DNA of 63,904 nucleotides, filler included, from Octopus bimaculoides (taxonomy: Eukaryota): assembly GCF_001194135.2 (NCBI RefSeq). It is 7 parts of 7 records of this genome, joined end to end, with 100 filler letters (N's around TTAATTAATTAA, not from the genome) between each part and the next. Parts side by side here need not be neighbours in the genome. Positions count along the whole stretch, not along the records: positions 18,683 to 47,507 come from NC_068988.1; 6 more parts are not named here. One strand, written 5' to 3'. Position 1 is the stretch's first letter. Every line of letters starts with the position of its first letter. The translations under genes and the position numbers were made by a program. Positions 23,596-37,105 of the stretch are shown here, one piece after another. The notes under the pieces are model-generated. The model saw nothing but the letters and a program-made list of their open reading frames with translations, was not told where the DNA came from and ran no database searches.

Positions 23596-23634
<39 letters not shown>

Positions 23635-24689
23635 ACCACCACCANNNNNNNNNNNNNNNNNNNNNNNNNNNNNNNNNNNNNNNNNNNNNNNNNNNNNNNN
23701 NNNNNNNNNNNNNNNNNNNNNNNNNNNNNNAAAACTTCGATTAAATTAGAAATATACTTGTTTGGAATGGTGCAAGTATGTGATTAGAGACATCAATATA
23801 TCTGAGTGCACTTCTTTGACAATTAGATTCACTCTGATGAGAGGGCAGGATTCGATCTTTGCTCTCTCTCTCTCTCTCTCTCTCTGTTCACCAAACTGGG
23901 ACGTTCATTTCACCCAGACTTTACCTGTAATCTCTCTGTCTCTCTATATACTTACATGTAATATGATATAACATAAAAATACATAATTCTTCGGTATTTG
24001 TATTTGAGTGTGTGCGCGCCCGAGTGTTTGACTATTCCACTCTGTCGAGCAGCACAGTGTCATATACTTACTGAAGACGTCATAGACATCTACCGAAAGA
24101 TTGCTATAATATTTAACCTGTTATCTATCTAACATATCCACCCTATAGTCTCCCATTGACTACTCCTCACCTCTCTGTATCTTTATTCCAATACATTTAT
24201 CTGTCTGATACACTTCGAATTATAGCATCTTTATCAGCCTTTATTTATTGTATTATTTAACAATGCTGTGAAAATGAAAACTGGGTCTTCAGATTCATTT
24301 ACTTATACAAACAGTATTGGCAACAAGCATTTATTAACCCTTTCCCATCAGACATTCATCGCCAGAGTACAACTATAGTCTCTCTGGTACAAGCAACAAA
24401 GAAGGTTAGATTACCATAGCCTTATTAGGAAAATCTATTTCCCTATAAACTAGCGTCCTTAGCCAGAGCGATATTTACCTCACATCATTTTAGTATTGAA
24501 GAAACCAGAGTAAAGCTTTGTGATTACAAGACGTTCGTTGCTTATCTATGATCGATGAGGTTCTGAGACAAAATGTCTCGGAGAGAGTTCTTAAGGAAAT
24601 ATTGTGCCGCGTGCGGTGGTATTTGTTTGCATGTCAGTATTTTTCAGTTTTCTCTGTCTGCATGTACGTATGTGTATAATATATATAGA

Positions 24690-24870
24690 GTTCAAATTTA
24701 CAGAAAACAAAAGACAAAGATAAGGTGTAGGAACAACAAGCAGGTGTATTAGTTTAACACTCAGGAAAGAATGGAAAGGTTTTTTACGTTTCGAGCCTAC
24801 GCTCTTCGACAGAGAGGATTAAGAGTATAAAAAAAAGGAGAGAGGAAAACAAATGTGTAGGGATTAACGG
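24690..24870 (-). mobile_element. Penelope-like element pseudo-LTR fragment with a minimal hammerhead-like motif (24785-24812)
   Basis: Minus strand reads CUGUCGA-A-GAGC GUAG GCUC-GAAACGUA. Stem II is perfect and the ACGU stem III is palindromic, the layout known for minimal Penelope-associated hammerheads. Confidence 0.6.
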
Positions 24871-25198
24871 TTCAATATGATGAAAAAAAAAGATACATAT
24901 GTATGTATGTATGTATCACTGTCTCTCACTGTCTATCAGTTGTCAATGGGCATTTATCGTACCATCGTTGTATCTAATGCATATATTTATATATCACTGT
25001 TTCTATGTCGACTGCATGTATGTCATTGTTACTATCGCCAACGTGTATCGGCGAGAATGAAAGAAAGGATTATAAGAAAGAAGCATTCAGGTCAGAGATA
25101 TTAATATATCTGTCTAGACCAACAGATGGTTGTCATCTTAGTGAAAATCCTATCAGAGGCCTCAACTATTGCTGAACCACACAAAGAATGATGGCAGT

Positions 25199-25246
<48 letters not shown>

Positions 25247-25274
25247 GTTTTATGCAAATCAATCAATGTAACTA

Positions 25275-25309
<35 letters not shown>

Positions 25310-26171
25310 TACATTGGTTGGTCATACTGCTAATAAAAACACACCGGTTGTATTTCACTTTACAAATTATTCAATGAATTTATTTGTGGTACATTATGTT
25401 TGTCAATGTCTTTTTCTCTCTTAGACTGCTGTGGCGTGTTAGATGCTCCTCGTTCTGCAGAAAGAAGGAAAGGATATAACAAAAAGCCGTTATTAGTTAT
25501 GTGGTGAAAGAATGAAAGACGTTGACAAATTAAGTCGTCAATAATTTATGAATTAATTAATTAGCTAACTATAAAGAAGTCATCTACAACCAGCGTATAT
25601 ATTTTTGTTTGCAGAATGAGCCACAATATCTGCAATAATTAATAAAAGAGGTCTCAAGAATCTTGCAGTGCATCCCACACGCACATGTATACATAGATGC
25701 ATCCATACGATATATACGCACTGTGTGTGTTTGTGTGAGTGTATACCAGGCGCTATACATAGTACTAAAAGATAGAGCTTGCAAATTAAAAAGAAAATAT
25801 CAAACTCATATCATTGAAATGGGGTGCAGGTTGTTTGTGTATAGTTTCAATCTGTCTCTCATTAAAATGAAAGATAATTAAATCAAATGCATTGCATTCA
25901 TGGAAGAAACGCTGATATATATCGATACATACATACATACATACATACATACATACACACAGACACTCACACACACTTTTGCAAACATCTGTCCACGATA
26001 CTTGAAAGACATCAGGTGATTTGCTTTAGGCAAGTATAATAATGTGACACAATCTTTTATTAACTCATTAGAAGTAAAAGTTCCCGCTTTTCATAATTTA
26101 TTTATTATATATACTTGTGTTTGTGTGTATGTGTCCGTGTCTGAGGGAAAGAAAATCTCATGATTTAAGAT

Positions 26172-26490
26172 CAGGGTTTCTCAAACATTGTTTTAATCTA
26201 TGGACCCCTTTGATTACTATTTTATTCTGGTGGACCCCCATAACCATTCGAGATTTAAAAACTAGTTTTATAGAAACTTCTTTCAAAATTCCAATTTTGT
26301 ATTCACACATTAACCTGTGTAGGTTGAACTATGTAAAATGTTAGAGAAAGGACCCTAGCTGTTTCTTGCAATACGTACTAATACATCAGAAGCAAAATTT
26401 TTTCAAGGGTTTTTAAAATACTATTGCGGATCCCCAAAATCTTATATAGAGACCCTCCGGGGCCATATGAACCACGGTTAAGAACCACCG
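26172..26490. mobile_element. hAT (Charlie-like) MITE, ~319 bp
   Basis: Termini CAGGGTTTCTCAA and TTAAGAACCACCG, subterminal GGACCCC motifs, and 8-bp flanks TTTAAGAT / ATTTAGAT (6/8, close to the nTCTAGAn target). Confidence 0.75.
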
Positions 26491-26726
26491 ATTTAGATTA
26501 ATATTCCTCAACCATCCTAATATGTTGCTATTGTTTCTGGTTTCATGAAATCAAAATTCAGATTCATACAGAATATGAAGGATGAACCAAAAGTATTGAA
26601 AGATTACCTTTCAGTCATTCTCTTACACTGCTTTTCATTCTTTTTTTTTTATTTCATTCTTTCATTCATTCAAATCATAAGAGAATGTGTTATATATATA
26701 TATATTCATATTATATACAGTGTTGC

Positions 26727-26771
<45 letters not shown>

Positions 26772-26850
26772 NNNNNNNNNNNNNNNNNNNNNNNNNNNNN
26801 NNNNNNNNNNNNNNNNNNNNNNNNNNNNNNNNNNNNNNNNNNNNNNNNNN

Positions 26851-26898
<48 letters not shown>

Positions 26899-27230
26899 TG
26901 TGTTTTAGACACTGCGTTGCACTCCTGTCTGAAATCTAATAAAATTTATGTTTCATGTTGGTTGTGTTAGACTATGTTGTTGTCTGTTACTTTAGTCTTT
27001 CTAGATTAAGATTCTTTCAAAAATCTGTCACTGTTTATTTTCCTCGAATTCAGCATATACCACACACCACAAACATACACGCATACTTACACTCATATAC
27101 AGACACGCGCACAGCACAAAATTTCTAGTTAGTTGTAGACCACTAACCATTATAGACAAACAGCTACCATACGGCACGATTAGAGAAACTAAGATCTGCC
27201 TTGAGAGGTTCGTGTTTCTGGTTGCAACTT

Positions 27231-27274
<44 letters not shown>

Positions 27275-27899
27275 NNNNNNNNNNACACACACGTCTAAAT
27301 GACGAGCTTCCTCACATTTTCTATCATTTTATTGACAACGCATTGATCGACCGAGAGGTTACAGCAGAAGACAACGCAAATGTGTTGTCGCACAGTGGGG
27401 TTGAATCTGGAACCACGTGCTTTCTCAGCGAACATCTAAACCACACGCTTAAACCTGTTAAACACAATATATACGCATATGTGTGTGTGTGTGCGTGCGT
27501 GTGAATATACTCGCCGGTGGGTGGGCGTATGTTAAACTATTTCATTGATAATAACTCACCATCCTCTTTTATATACAATCATGGGGTCACAAATCGGAGG
27601 TGGATGGGAAGTTGAGAGGTATGGACGTTTCATCAAGGGCTGCGATGACCTTTAAAAATAAATAGGCACATTTCTTTTAGATAGATAGATAGATAGATAG
27701 GTAGGTAGGTAGGTTCATTGCGTCATCATGGCATAAGTGGTGTCATCAGATGGTGTGAAATGCAAATTTATTTGTGGTTAAGTCTGTATTCTTCATTAGC
27801 TAATATTTATTTTTGTCATTTTATATCATCTTGTATACAACAAGCAAACCTCAAACACACGCACACACACACATATATATATACACACAAACATTACAA

Positions 27900-27942
<43 letters not shown>

Positions 27943-28095
27943 CAGACAATGTTTCGATATTAGTATATGACGTCAGTCATGGGTGAATGGAGTGCGATTG
28001 CGTGTTTGACTGTTCAACTTTGTCAAGCAGATGAAACATAACGTTTACACAGTTACACATGACGTCATATACTTTTACCGAAAGATTACCTCTGT

Positions 28096-28097
<2 letters not shown>

Positions 28098-28183
<86 letters not shown>
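28098..28183. repeat. (GT)n microsatellite
   Basis: Visible directly. Confidence 0.95.
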
Positions 28184-28185
<2 letters not shown>

Positions 28186-29988
28186 TGTGAGTCTATTCAT
28201 CCAACCATCCTACACTTGTCCTCTCTCTCTTGCGTCTTCTTCCACACTCCCAAATGTCACCATCGCTAATCGTAATAAAGTACTGGAACGATACATGACG
28301 TCACCATTGTCAAGTACCTCTCTCTGCATCTTAGTTGTTCATTCGCTCCTGTGGCTGCATCCTTGTATTTTGCCCTGGTTGCTTTCTTTGTTTTTGTCAA
28401 ATGAGGATTGACTGACACTTTGAAGTATTTCCTGTGTCTCCTTTTCCTTCCTCATCAATCTATATCTCTCCATCACGTACATCTTCAATCTACCCTTGTG
28501 TGTCATTCTGTGTGTCTGTAGCTATTCATCTTAAAACAATAAGAGAAATCAATTATCTATTCACCAATCTGTCTATCTTTTTACATCCTCTCACTACTCC
28601 CTTTCTGTCTAAATGTATGTGTGTGTGTGCGCGCGATGTGTACTAATTTCAGCAGAGCTATGCATGTTGGTTCAGTACACTGTAATAACTCGGTGAGAAG
28701 TCCCGGGTTTCGGCCTTCAGAATATCTCGTTACTTAATGATAATGGGTCTTCCAGTAAGCATTTTACACACCTTTTTCTGACACATCGAAGGATACTGAT
28801 ATATTTATTTTAGTTGTATGTCTGTATGAATGTGTATGATGTATGTGTGTGTCTGTCTCTCACATGACAAACTGATTGATGTATCGTCTCTAGTCACTGT
28901 GTATTTGTGTCATCTCTAGTTAGTATATATTTGTGAGAACGTGTGTGATATGAGGACATGTATGTAAATATATATGTCGCTAATATAACCCGGTTGTTCT
29001 CTCTTCCTGTCTATTCTACATGTAACCTGCCTCTCCGACCTTAATGACCGCTTGTAGGTAGACTGTTCCTACCTAAGAGCATTCGGTTATATACTTACTA
29101 ACCCCAACCCTTCCATACTCGTGCCCTTTAATTGTGCATTCCTTGTTCAGAGAGCCTCGACTAAAAGCACAATCCTATCGTCCCACACTTCCTCTTTTGA
29201 TGGTTCATTCCGATGTTAAACAGGGCCTGCATGAATTCTACCTATTAACTACCCCTACATTAACTTCGCCCGGTTACCCCAGTTAATGGTCCCACTCTAA
29301 AGGAGTGCCTGAAAAATGCTCTGAGTGCTGCCCCGCCTCAATCTGAGTACAATGTAAATTTCATATTTAAAAATTCATCCACATTTACTACGCCCAGTCA
29401 CCCTAGCTATGCATTTCCCTCTAGAGGAATGCATAAAAAATGCTCTGAGAACTGCCCTGTCTCAAATTAACTACATGATAAATCTCTCTCTTTCTCTCTC
29501 TCTCTCTGTCTCTCTCTCTCTCTCTCACACACACACATAAATACAGAGAGGAAGAGAGACGAAATAATGTAAATGTGTGAGTGATATAACAGAATTACTG
29601 ATATATTATACAGTAGCAGCAGCAGCAACATGGTTAATACATGGTTGTCTGGTTCATGGGTATCACACACACACACATGCACACACACATGCACACACAC
29701 ACACACACATACGCACACATTTGATAATCTGCACTGTTTCGAACCCTCCTCCTCTTCCTTTATCTTCGAACTCCCTGACATCCATCTCTATTCTGATATT
29801 TGGTTAATAATGAACGAAGTTGTGTATGCTCGGGTTGAAATGAGGATTGCATGACATTATTCAGTACTGAGTGCATTGAATAGTTTACAGATTAACAACA
29901 TTCAATGATGGATCGTCCCTCGCACCGCTTGTTTGAACTAAGTAGTGTAGGCTTCATATAAACAAATTAAAATTAGTTATAATTGTGT

Positions 29989-30047
<59 letters not shown>

Positions 30048-30919
30048 TGTTGTTGTTTTAAGTGAAATGGAATGTTTCAGATAATCAAGAATTGAAACGG
30101 CGTTGTGGACTCCTGTTGAACCGAGATATTTTAACAACGCTCAACTGTAAAAGCTTGATCGCCTCATCTTAATGTTTGACGAGATTATTAAAATAAAGGA
30201 AGAGACTGTTCAGTTGTAGTTACATATTGAAGAAGAAAAGTGAAACAAGTCTTACATACATACATATATACATACATACATACATGACAGAATAAATTTA
30301 ATCACTGTAATGAGATGTATGTGTGAGTGTGGGAGAAATAGAGAGTAAGAGGTATGTCTGTTAAAAATAACCTGTGTGCTGCTTCCCTTCGAAACTTGTT
30401 CTGTTATGGGTACATGGAATGTCAAATATTATGGTGGTGGAGTGTAGAATGAGAGTAGTTGTAGGGAGGATGTGTGCGTGTATGTGTGTTGTTTCTGTTG
30501 TTGTAGTTTCTTGAAATAGCTTAGTACGACTTCACACTTACAGCTGTAGTTTGTTATTTACATACATTCATACAGAAAACAAACGATAAATACCCCCCCC
30601 CCTAATGCATACAAACTGTAGGAATATACATATATGAGGATAAGAGGCACTTGGTTGATTGTCAAAAGATGCATTCACTGCGGGTTCTCTCATTTCATAT
30701 GCCGTTTGAGTTTGTATTGACGTTTAGATGTGTGTGTGTGTGTGTGTGTTTCGCATGGAGATATCATGCGCCAACAAAGTAGGAGATCCTCGTATATCTG
30801 TTCGATTTGTTACAAATATCAATCATTTCTCCTTCAAATAAAACCGTACTACCTTAAGAGAGGAAAGATACTTTGGATTACGTAGCTCTAGATAAGCTGC
30901 TATGGTCAAGGCTGGAATG

Positions 30920-31458
30920 GGTCAATATAAAGAACTTCACCCGGGAACAAAACAAAAAGACATTAACCAGCCCGGGGGGGAGGGGGGTTAATAAGTGTAT
31001 GGAAAACGAATATGAAAAAAAAAATGCGCGATGACCACCCTGACGGGGTGGAGGGGGACTTTTGTAAAATTTCGATCCCCTCCTTCATTTTTCATTTTTA
31101 CCGTCGAAAAATGATTACGATTTTGAAAAAAAATTTGTTTCTAAATTTCAATTTTTCAACAAGAAAAAAAAAAATGAATATATACTCTTCAGGCCTTCAA
31201 GCAGGCTATCCATATGCTAGAAATAACAGCCAAATCTCAGGGATTCAGTAAAAAAAATAATCAATATATATCCATTTTACCCGAATTTATGACGGAAAAA
31301 TCGGATCTTGTGAATTTTCCCAAAGTCCCATCCCCACCCCCACTCCAGTGTCGTCTGCGCGCATTTTTCTTCATATTCGTTTTCCATACACTTGTTAACA
31401 CCCCCAGGCTGGTTTAATTTTTTCTTTTTGTTCCCGGGTGAGGATCTTTATATTGACC
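30920..31458. mobile_element. Non-autonomous DNA transposon with ~100-110-bp TIRs and a perfect 8-bp TSD (Merlin- or Mutator-like)
   Basis: GGTCAATATAAAGA..TCACCCGGGAACAAAA..AAGTGTATGGAAAACGAATATGAA..ATGCGCG at the left end is mirrored at 31358-31458. CTGGAATG is duplicated at 30912-30919 and 31459-31466. Confidence 0.85.
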
Positions 31459-32072
31459 CTGGAATGTAATAGATATTAAAATTATTCGATGAAGAAATAC
31501 ACACACACATACATATAACGTATGTAGGAAGAGAGATAGAGAGAAAAAAGAGGGAGAGATATACTTGTGGGATAATTAGAAGTAAAAGCACCAAGATCTT
31601 TTCAAAGAATAAAACCCTTGCGTCCGTCTTACTGGGATGAACAACCTACCTTCTCATAATGGTCAGTTTATGAAGTCTAAAATCTAAATAAAGAGGGATG
31701 CTGAAAAATCAAGGAAACTCGTTCTTTCACCATTGTTACTATTATCTTAAAAACTCTTCCTATATAAAACTATTACGGGTCATTCACGAATTACGTAGTT
31801 GTATATACTACAGCATCCGCAATAGTATATAAATTTACTACAGCATCCTCAAGTAGCATACATTCCAGTACAATATATATATTTATATAATACACACGCA
31901 CACGCACATACACAACGTAAAGTATATAAGTTTACATCTGCCTCATAGATTATACTATAAAGAAGGCATGTGTATATGGCTACCATAACCTGAATAGTTG
32001 GATATGAATGAAATTCTTCAGTTAATTCAACGTACTCGGGTGGCGCCACTCCTTCCAAGACCTTGTTTCTTT

Positions 32073-32113
<41 letters not shown>

Positions 32114-32751
32114 TGTGCGGTGCCGGTGCGCGAACGAGCCGAAGACCGGTTCATTCGCACTACGTCGTACACTTGCGCAAATGTCTTTCTTCTGTAACCA
32201 CGGGTCAAACAATGTCTTGTGAGTGGAATTCGTTTGGTGGGAACCAGTGTCGAAGACCGTCTTCTGTGTGTGTGTGTGTGCGCGCGCACACACAGCTTTG
32301 TCGTTATTTAACTTAGCGGTTCATCAGATTTCAATAACATACCAGGCTGGAAAAAGTATTTAGAATAGTATGATCTTCTATATGNNNNNNNNNNNNNNNN
32401 NNNNNNNNNNNNNNNNNNNNNNNNNNNNNNNNNNNNNNNNNNNNNNNNNNNNNNNNNNNNNNNNNNNNNNNNNNNNNNNNNNNNNNNNNNNNNNNNNNNN
32501 NNNNNNNNNNNNNNNNNNNNNNNNNNNNNNNNNNNNNNNNNNNNNNNNNNNNNNNNNNNNNNNNNNNNNNNNNNNNNNNNNNNNNNNNNNNNNNNNNNNN
32601 NNNNNNNNNNNNNNNNNNNNNNNNNNNNNNNNNNNNNNNNNNNNNNNNNNNNNNNNNNNNNNNNNNNNNNNNNNNNNNNNNNNNNNNNNNNNNNNNNNNN
32701 NNNNNNNNNNNNNNNNNNNNNNNNNNNNNNNNNNNNNNNNNNNNNNNTATG

Positions 32752-32797
<46 letters not shown>

Positions 32798-33661
32798 CAG
32801 CCACTAGTACTACGTAAGGCTAATATGCAAATGATCACACCATTACTGACTCCGATAAAATTGACTACTAACTACTGCAATATATGTGGAAGCATTGCTT
32901 GGTATATGTAGTATATAAGAACTGCTTGATACTTAGCAATAGAGCACTATCTAATTATGAATAATGGTGCGTTTCGGTGTACTTACTGTATGTCTGTGTG
33001 TTTATATCTATATATTCGTGTGTTGTTTGTGTGTGTGTGTGTGTGCGTATGTGTTGGTGTGTGTGCATCAGTACACAGCATCTCTCTCTCGCTTATTCAC
33101 TTGCTTTGTGAATGTGTATGAGTGTGGGTGGAGTTGTATCTTACTTATAGATAGATGGATAGATAGACAGACACATAGATAGAGAATATTTATTGTAGAA
33201 ACACACAAGTTTTGGTTGACATTGCATGTGGATTTGACTACAATGGACAAATGACGAACACAGATCTATGCAATCTCTTTGCAAAAAGAAAAAAAAGGAT
33301 CGGTCTAGCCGGTTTCATTACTATTTGGGATCTCATACGTTGTCTCTAGACAACGTATCGACCTTTCGTCTGCACATAGAGAAATTGTATTTGTAGTCTC
33401 TACTTATTATAGACTTAACTAAAGCGGAAAATCTGATTTGGATAAGTACCATTTTGTCGACAGCGAGGTCAATTAATTTTGTAATTAATGCGTTAAGAAG
33501 CGCATTTTAGATAATGTAAATGTATATTTCTCAAGTGTTGCAGAAGTACATTTGAAACGATGGCTAGAACTTGTTCAACTACAATAGATATAGTGTACGC
33601 ACACACGCGCGCGCACTCATTTTCTTAGAATAACCGTGCTTAGTACACACTATACGTACTC

Positions 33662-33737
<76 letters not shown>

Positions 33738-33991
33738 GTCTGTTGGTCAGTCAGTCTGTCTTATATAATATGTGTATTTGTGCATGTCTGGGATGTGTGG
33801 CAAGCGTGCCTGTAATGTACTCAGATGGGATTCGTGACTGGTGGTTATGATTTTAGTTCAAATAATACGTTGCTAATACCCTTAGAAAGGTATGAACACT
33901 GCATAAGTCCCACCCGCTCGGGCCAATCAACAACCATTGAAGCTTAACTCACACACATACATGCACATATGTATGCATGAATGTACGCATG

Positions 33992-34035
<44 letters not shown>

Positions 34036-34051
34036 TATATAAGTAAAAGAG

Positions 34052-34091
<40 letters not shown>

Positions 34092-34166
34092 CATATATAT
34101 ATATCCAGATACATACACGAATTAATGAAAAAAACAACTCAAAAAGCTTTACAAACAAAACTACTA

Positions 34167-34213
<47 letters not shown>

Positions 34214-35071
34214 NNNNNNNNNNNNNNNNNNNNNNNNNNNNNNNNNNNNNNNNNNTCATCTTCATTGAAAAAAAACTAAAAGAAACACGATCGTCTAATC
34301 TCAGCTTCCCGCACCCGTCACTTAACGAGGCTACCCTCCCTGAAATATATATATATATATATATATATTTACTTCATGTAGGGTAGACCCATCCAGACCT
34401 CACCATCCAGTCCGTCCTACTTCTTATCGTAATTATTTCAATATTCCTCATGGAACATGCTGAGATGAGACGGGAGTGGTGATGATGATAATGTTGATGA
34501 TATTGGCAGTGATGATGATGATGATGATGATGGATAAACTAGGAGAAAATCTTGGTAATGGTGATAGAAAAGATAAAAAAAAAACACTTCAATGGATCAG
34601 AAAGAGCCTCCCTGCGAGGGAGAAGCTGTAAGAAATTCACTCTACACGAAAATGAAATGGTACAAAAACTGATACGTCTAAAATGTTGGCCGTATTTAAT
34701 TAAAATGCTTAATTAACGTATATAGTCATAGACAGTATTGGCTTAAAAAATATTAATGCACATGTCATAATAGCGTATTTAAAGATAAAGCTACTCGTAT
34801 TGGTAGAATTGTGAGGTATAACATTGGTATGCTCTGGAGTACAAGGTTATACTTTATAGCTTTCATAGGCCCTCCGAGACCGGGGAGATTCATACCTTTA
34901 ATATACCCGCTTGAAATGTTTGTGCACAGGCCGCTGCAAATAAAATCACATGCCGAGTAATAATTTTAGAGGGTCTGACACTCCCGGTAGGAGAGGCTGA
35001 GAGTAGAAGCAAGTAGAGCAGGATCATAGTACATTGAGAATAGGCATTCACCAGGAGAGATCCTTAGTAAT

Positions 35072-35410
35072 GGGTGAAAAGAGTAAAAACCCCCTTCGGG
35101 CATGAATGACCATGGGGTTGTACCTAGAAAGTTCCCCCACCAGGGCACAAGGCCGGGCAAGGTTGTTTATGGAAGACCAGCAGTCACCCATGCATACCAG
35201 TCTCGCCTCTCCATGTCACCGGTGTTATCCAAGGGAAAGGCAAAGGCCGATATAACTTGGCACCTATGACATCGCAACTGCAGCCGAGTGAACTGGAGCA
35301 ACGTAAAATTAAGTGTCTTGCTCAAGAACACAGCCCGGTCCGGGAATCAAACTCGGTACCTCATGATTGTGAGAGCCCGATTCGCTAACCTCTGAGCCAT
35401 GCGTATTCAC
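35072..35410 (-). mobile_element. tRNA-derived SINE, family C, with TSD
   Basis: Minus-strand head GCATGGCTCAGAGGTTAG..GAGTTTGATTCCCGG and core TTGAGCAAGACACTT. TTAGTAAT is duplicated at 35064-35071 and 35411-35418. Confidence 0.85.
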
Positions 35411-36416
35411 TTAGTAATCGTGTGACCCAGCATTTTAAGTGACCATGGTTGTTCTATTTGCGTGGTCTTAAAGAAGGGGTTTGAAGATACGATTATGTAT
35501 TAAAAAAACTAAAACGTAAGTAGTTACTTTGAAAGCAGGCGACTTAATCATCTGAGATATTGTAAAACGTTCAATTACCAGTTAATCCTTATTAATTAGA
35601 TAATTTCAATTAACTTCATTTATGTTCTTTTCGTTTATTTTAGCCATCTTAATCAAGACTGTGCTGAAACATTGCCTTCACCAATATGAAATCATATCCC
35701 TCAAATTTCAACCCTACCATCTTAAAAGTACTTGTTTGTAATATAGCTAGATACACTATATGAATAAAATAAAAAAAGGAAAGAAAAAAATGCAGAGACA
35801 CCATTGTTACTGCGTGCATTAAGGCTATATAAATGACATCTGCCAGCATTTTTTATCGTCTTCAGTTTTGTCTTCAAGAAGCGAAGGCGTTAGTACTCAT
35901 CCGGCAGGATTTCTGGCCTTGAGTCTCTATAATATCAATGGCCTTGTGTCCATATCACAGTTTACGAGCTATTTTTACTCGCGTGGAGGCTGACTTTGCT
36001 TTCCATCTTTTTCGGTTCAGTGAAATAGATACTAGTCATGTAGAGAGTTCAGCATAAACGACTGTTCACTTCCACGAAATTTATTGCCTTGTGCCTACTT
36101 TAGAAATAAATCTTCGGTATCATCATTAATTTTATCTTTATCAGTATCGCTTTCCTGTTTTCTCTCACTATTTTGTGTCCTTCACCCTTTCTGTCTCCTA
36201 ACGTTTGGTTCTGTCTTCCTTTTCTGACTTCTGTCTTCTGTCTTTGTCGTCTGCCTGTTTTATCAATCGATGTAGTGTGTTGCTGATTATATAAGAGCCT
36301 ATAGCTTTACAAACAGTTTGTTTCGCCGTTCATCCTTCCCTGCTTTTTGACACAAAGAAGGCTCTGTACANNNNNNNNNNTTTCCTTTGTTGTGTGGCTT
36401 GTGCTGGTATGTGCGT

Positions 36417-36456
<40 letters not shown>

Positions 36457-36997
36457 TTCTCTGTATGTGTGCGTTTGAATTTGGATAGCTGCATCTATAT
36501 GCGTGTACATACATTAAATAACATGCATATTCATCTTTCTGGGCTTGTGTGTGTGTGTGTGTGTGTGTGCAAATTTCTGTAATATATTGATAGAGAGAGA
36601 GAGAGAGAAAGAGACAAGCAGACAGAGGAGATGGAGAAAATATGTATGTGCCTGTGTGTGACGTGGAGTGGTGATGCAGCCATAAAAATGTGATCTCATT
36701 AACAGGCGAGAAGGGTGTGTAATAGAGAAAGGGAAGTGTGTCCACAGAGATAAATTCTACATTGAACATAAATCGCATGTAGAAAATGCTGCTTCTAAAG
36801 CCAGCCCCTTCCTCATCTCCATCTACATATCTCTCTATCTCGACACTTCGTTCATTCATTCATTCATACATTAACACCATTTTCTTACAATCATTTGAAT
36901 CTCCACATTTTTACTCCATCTCTGTTTTCTTTCCTTTCTCGTTTCTTCATTCACATTCTGAAGTTGTACGCAACTTTCTTGTCCGCCAGTTTCTGCG

Positions 36998-37105
<108 letters not shown>

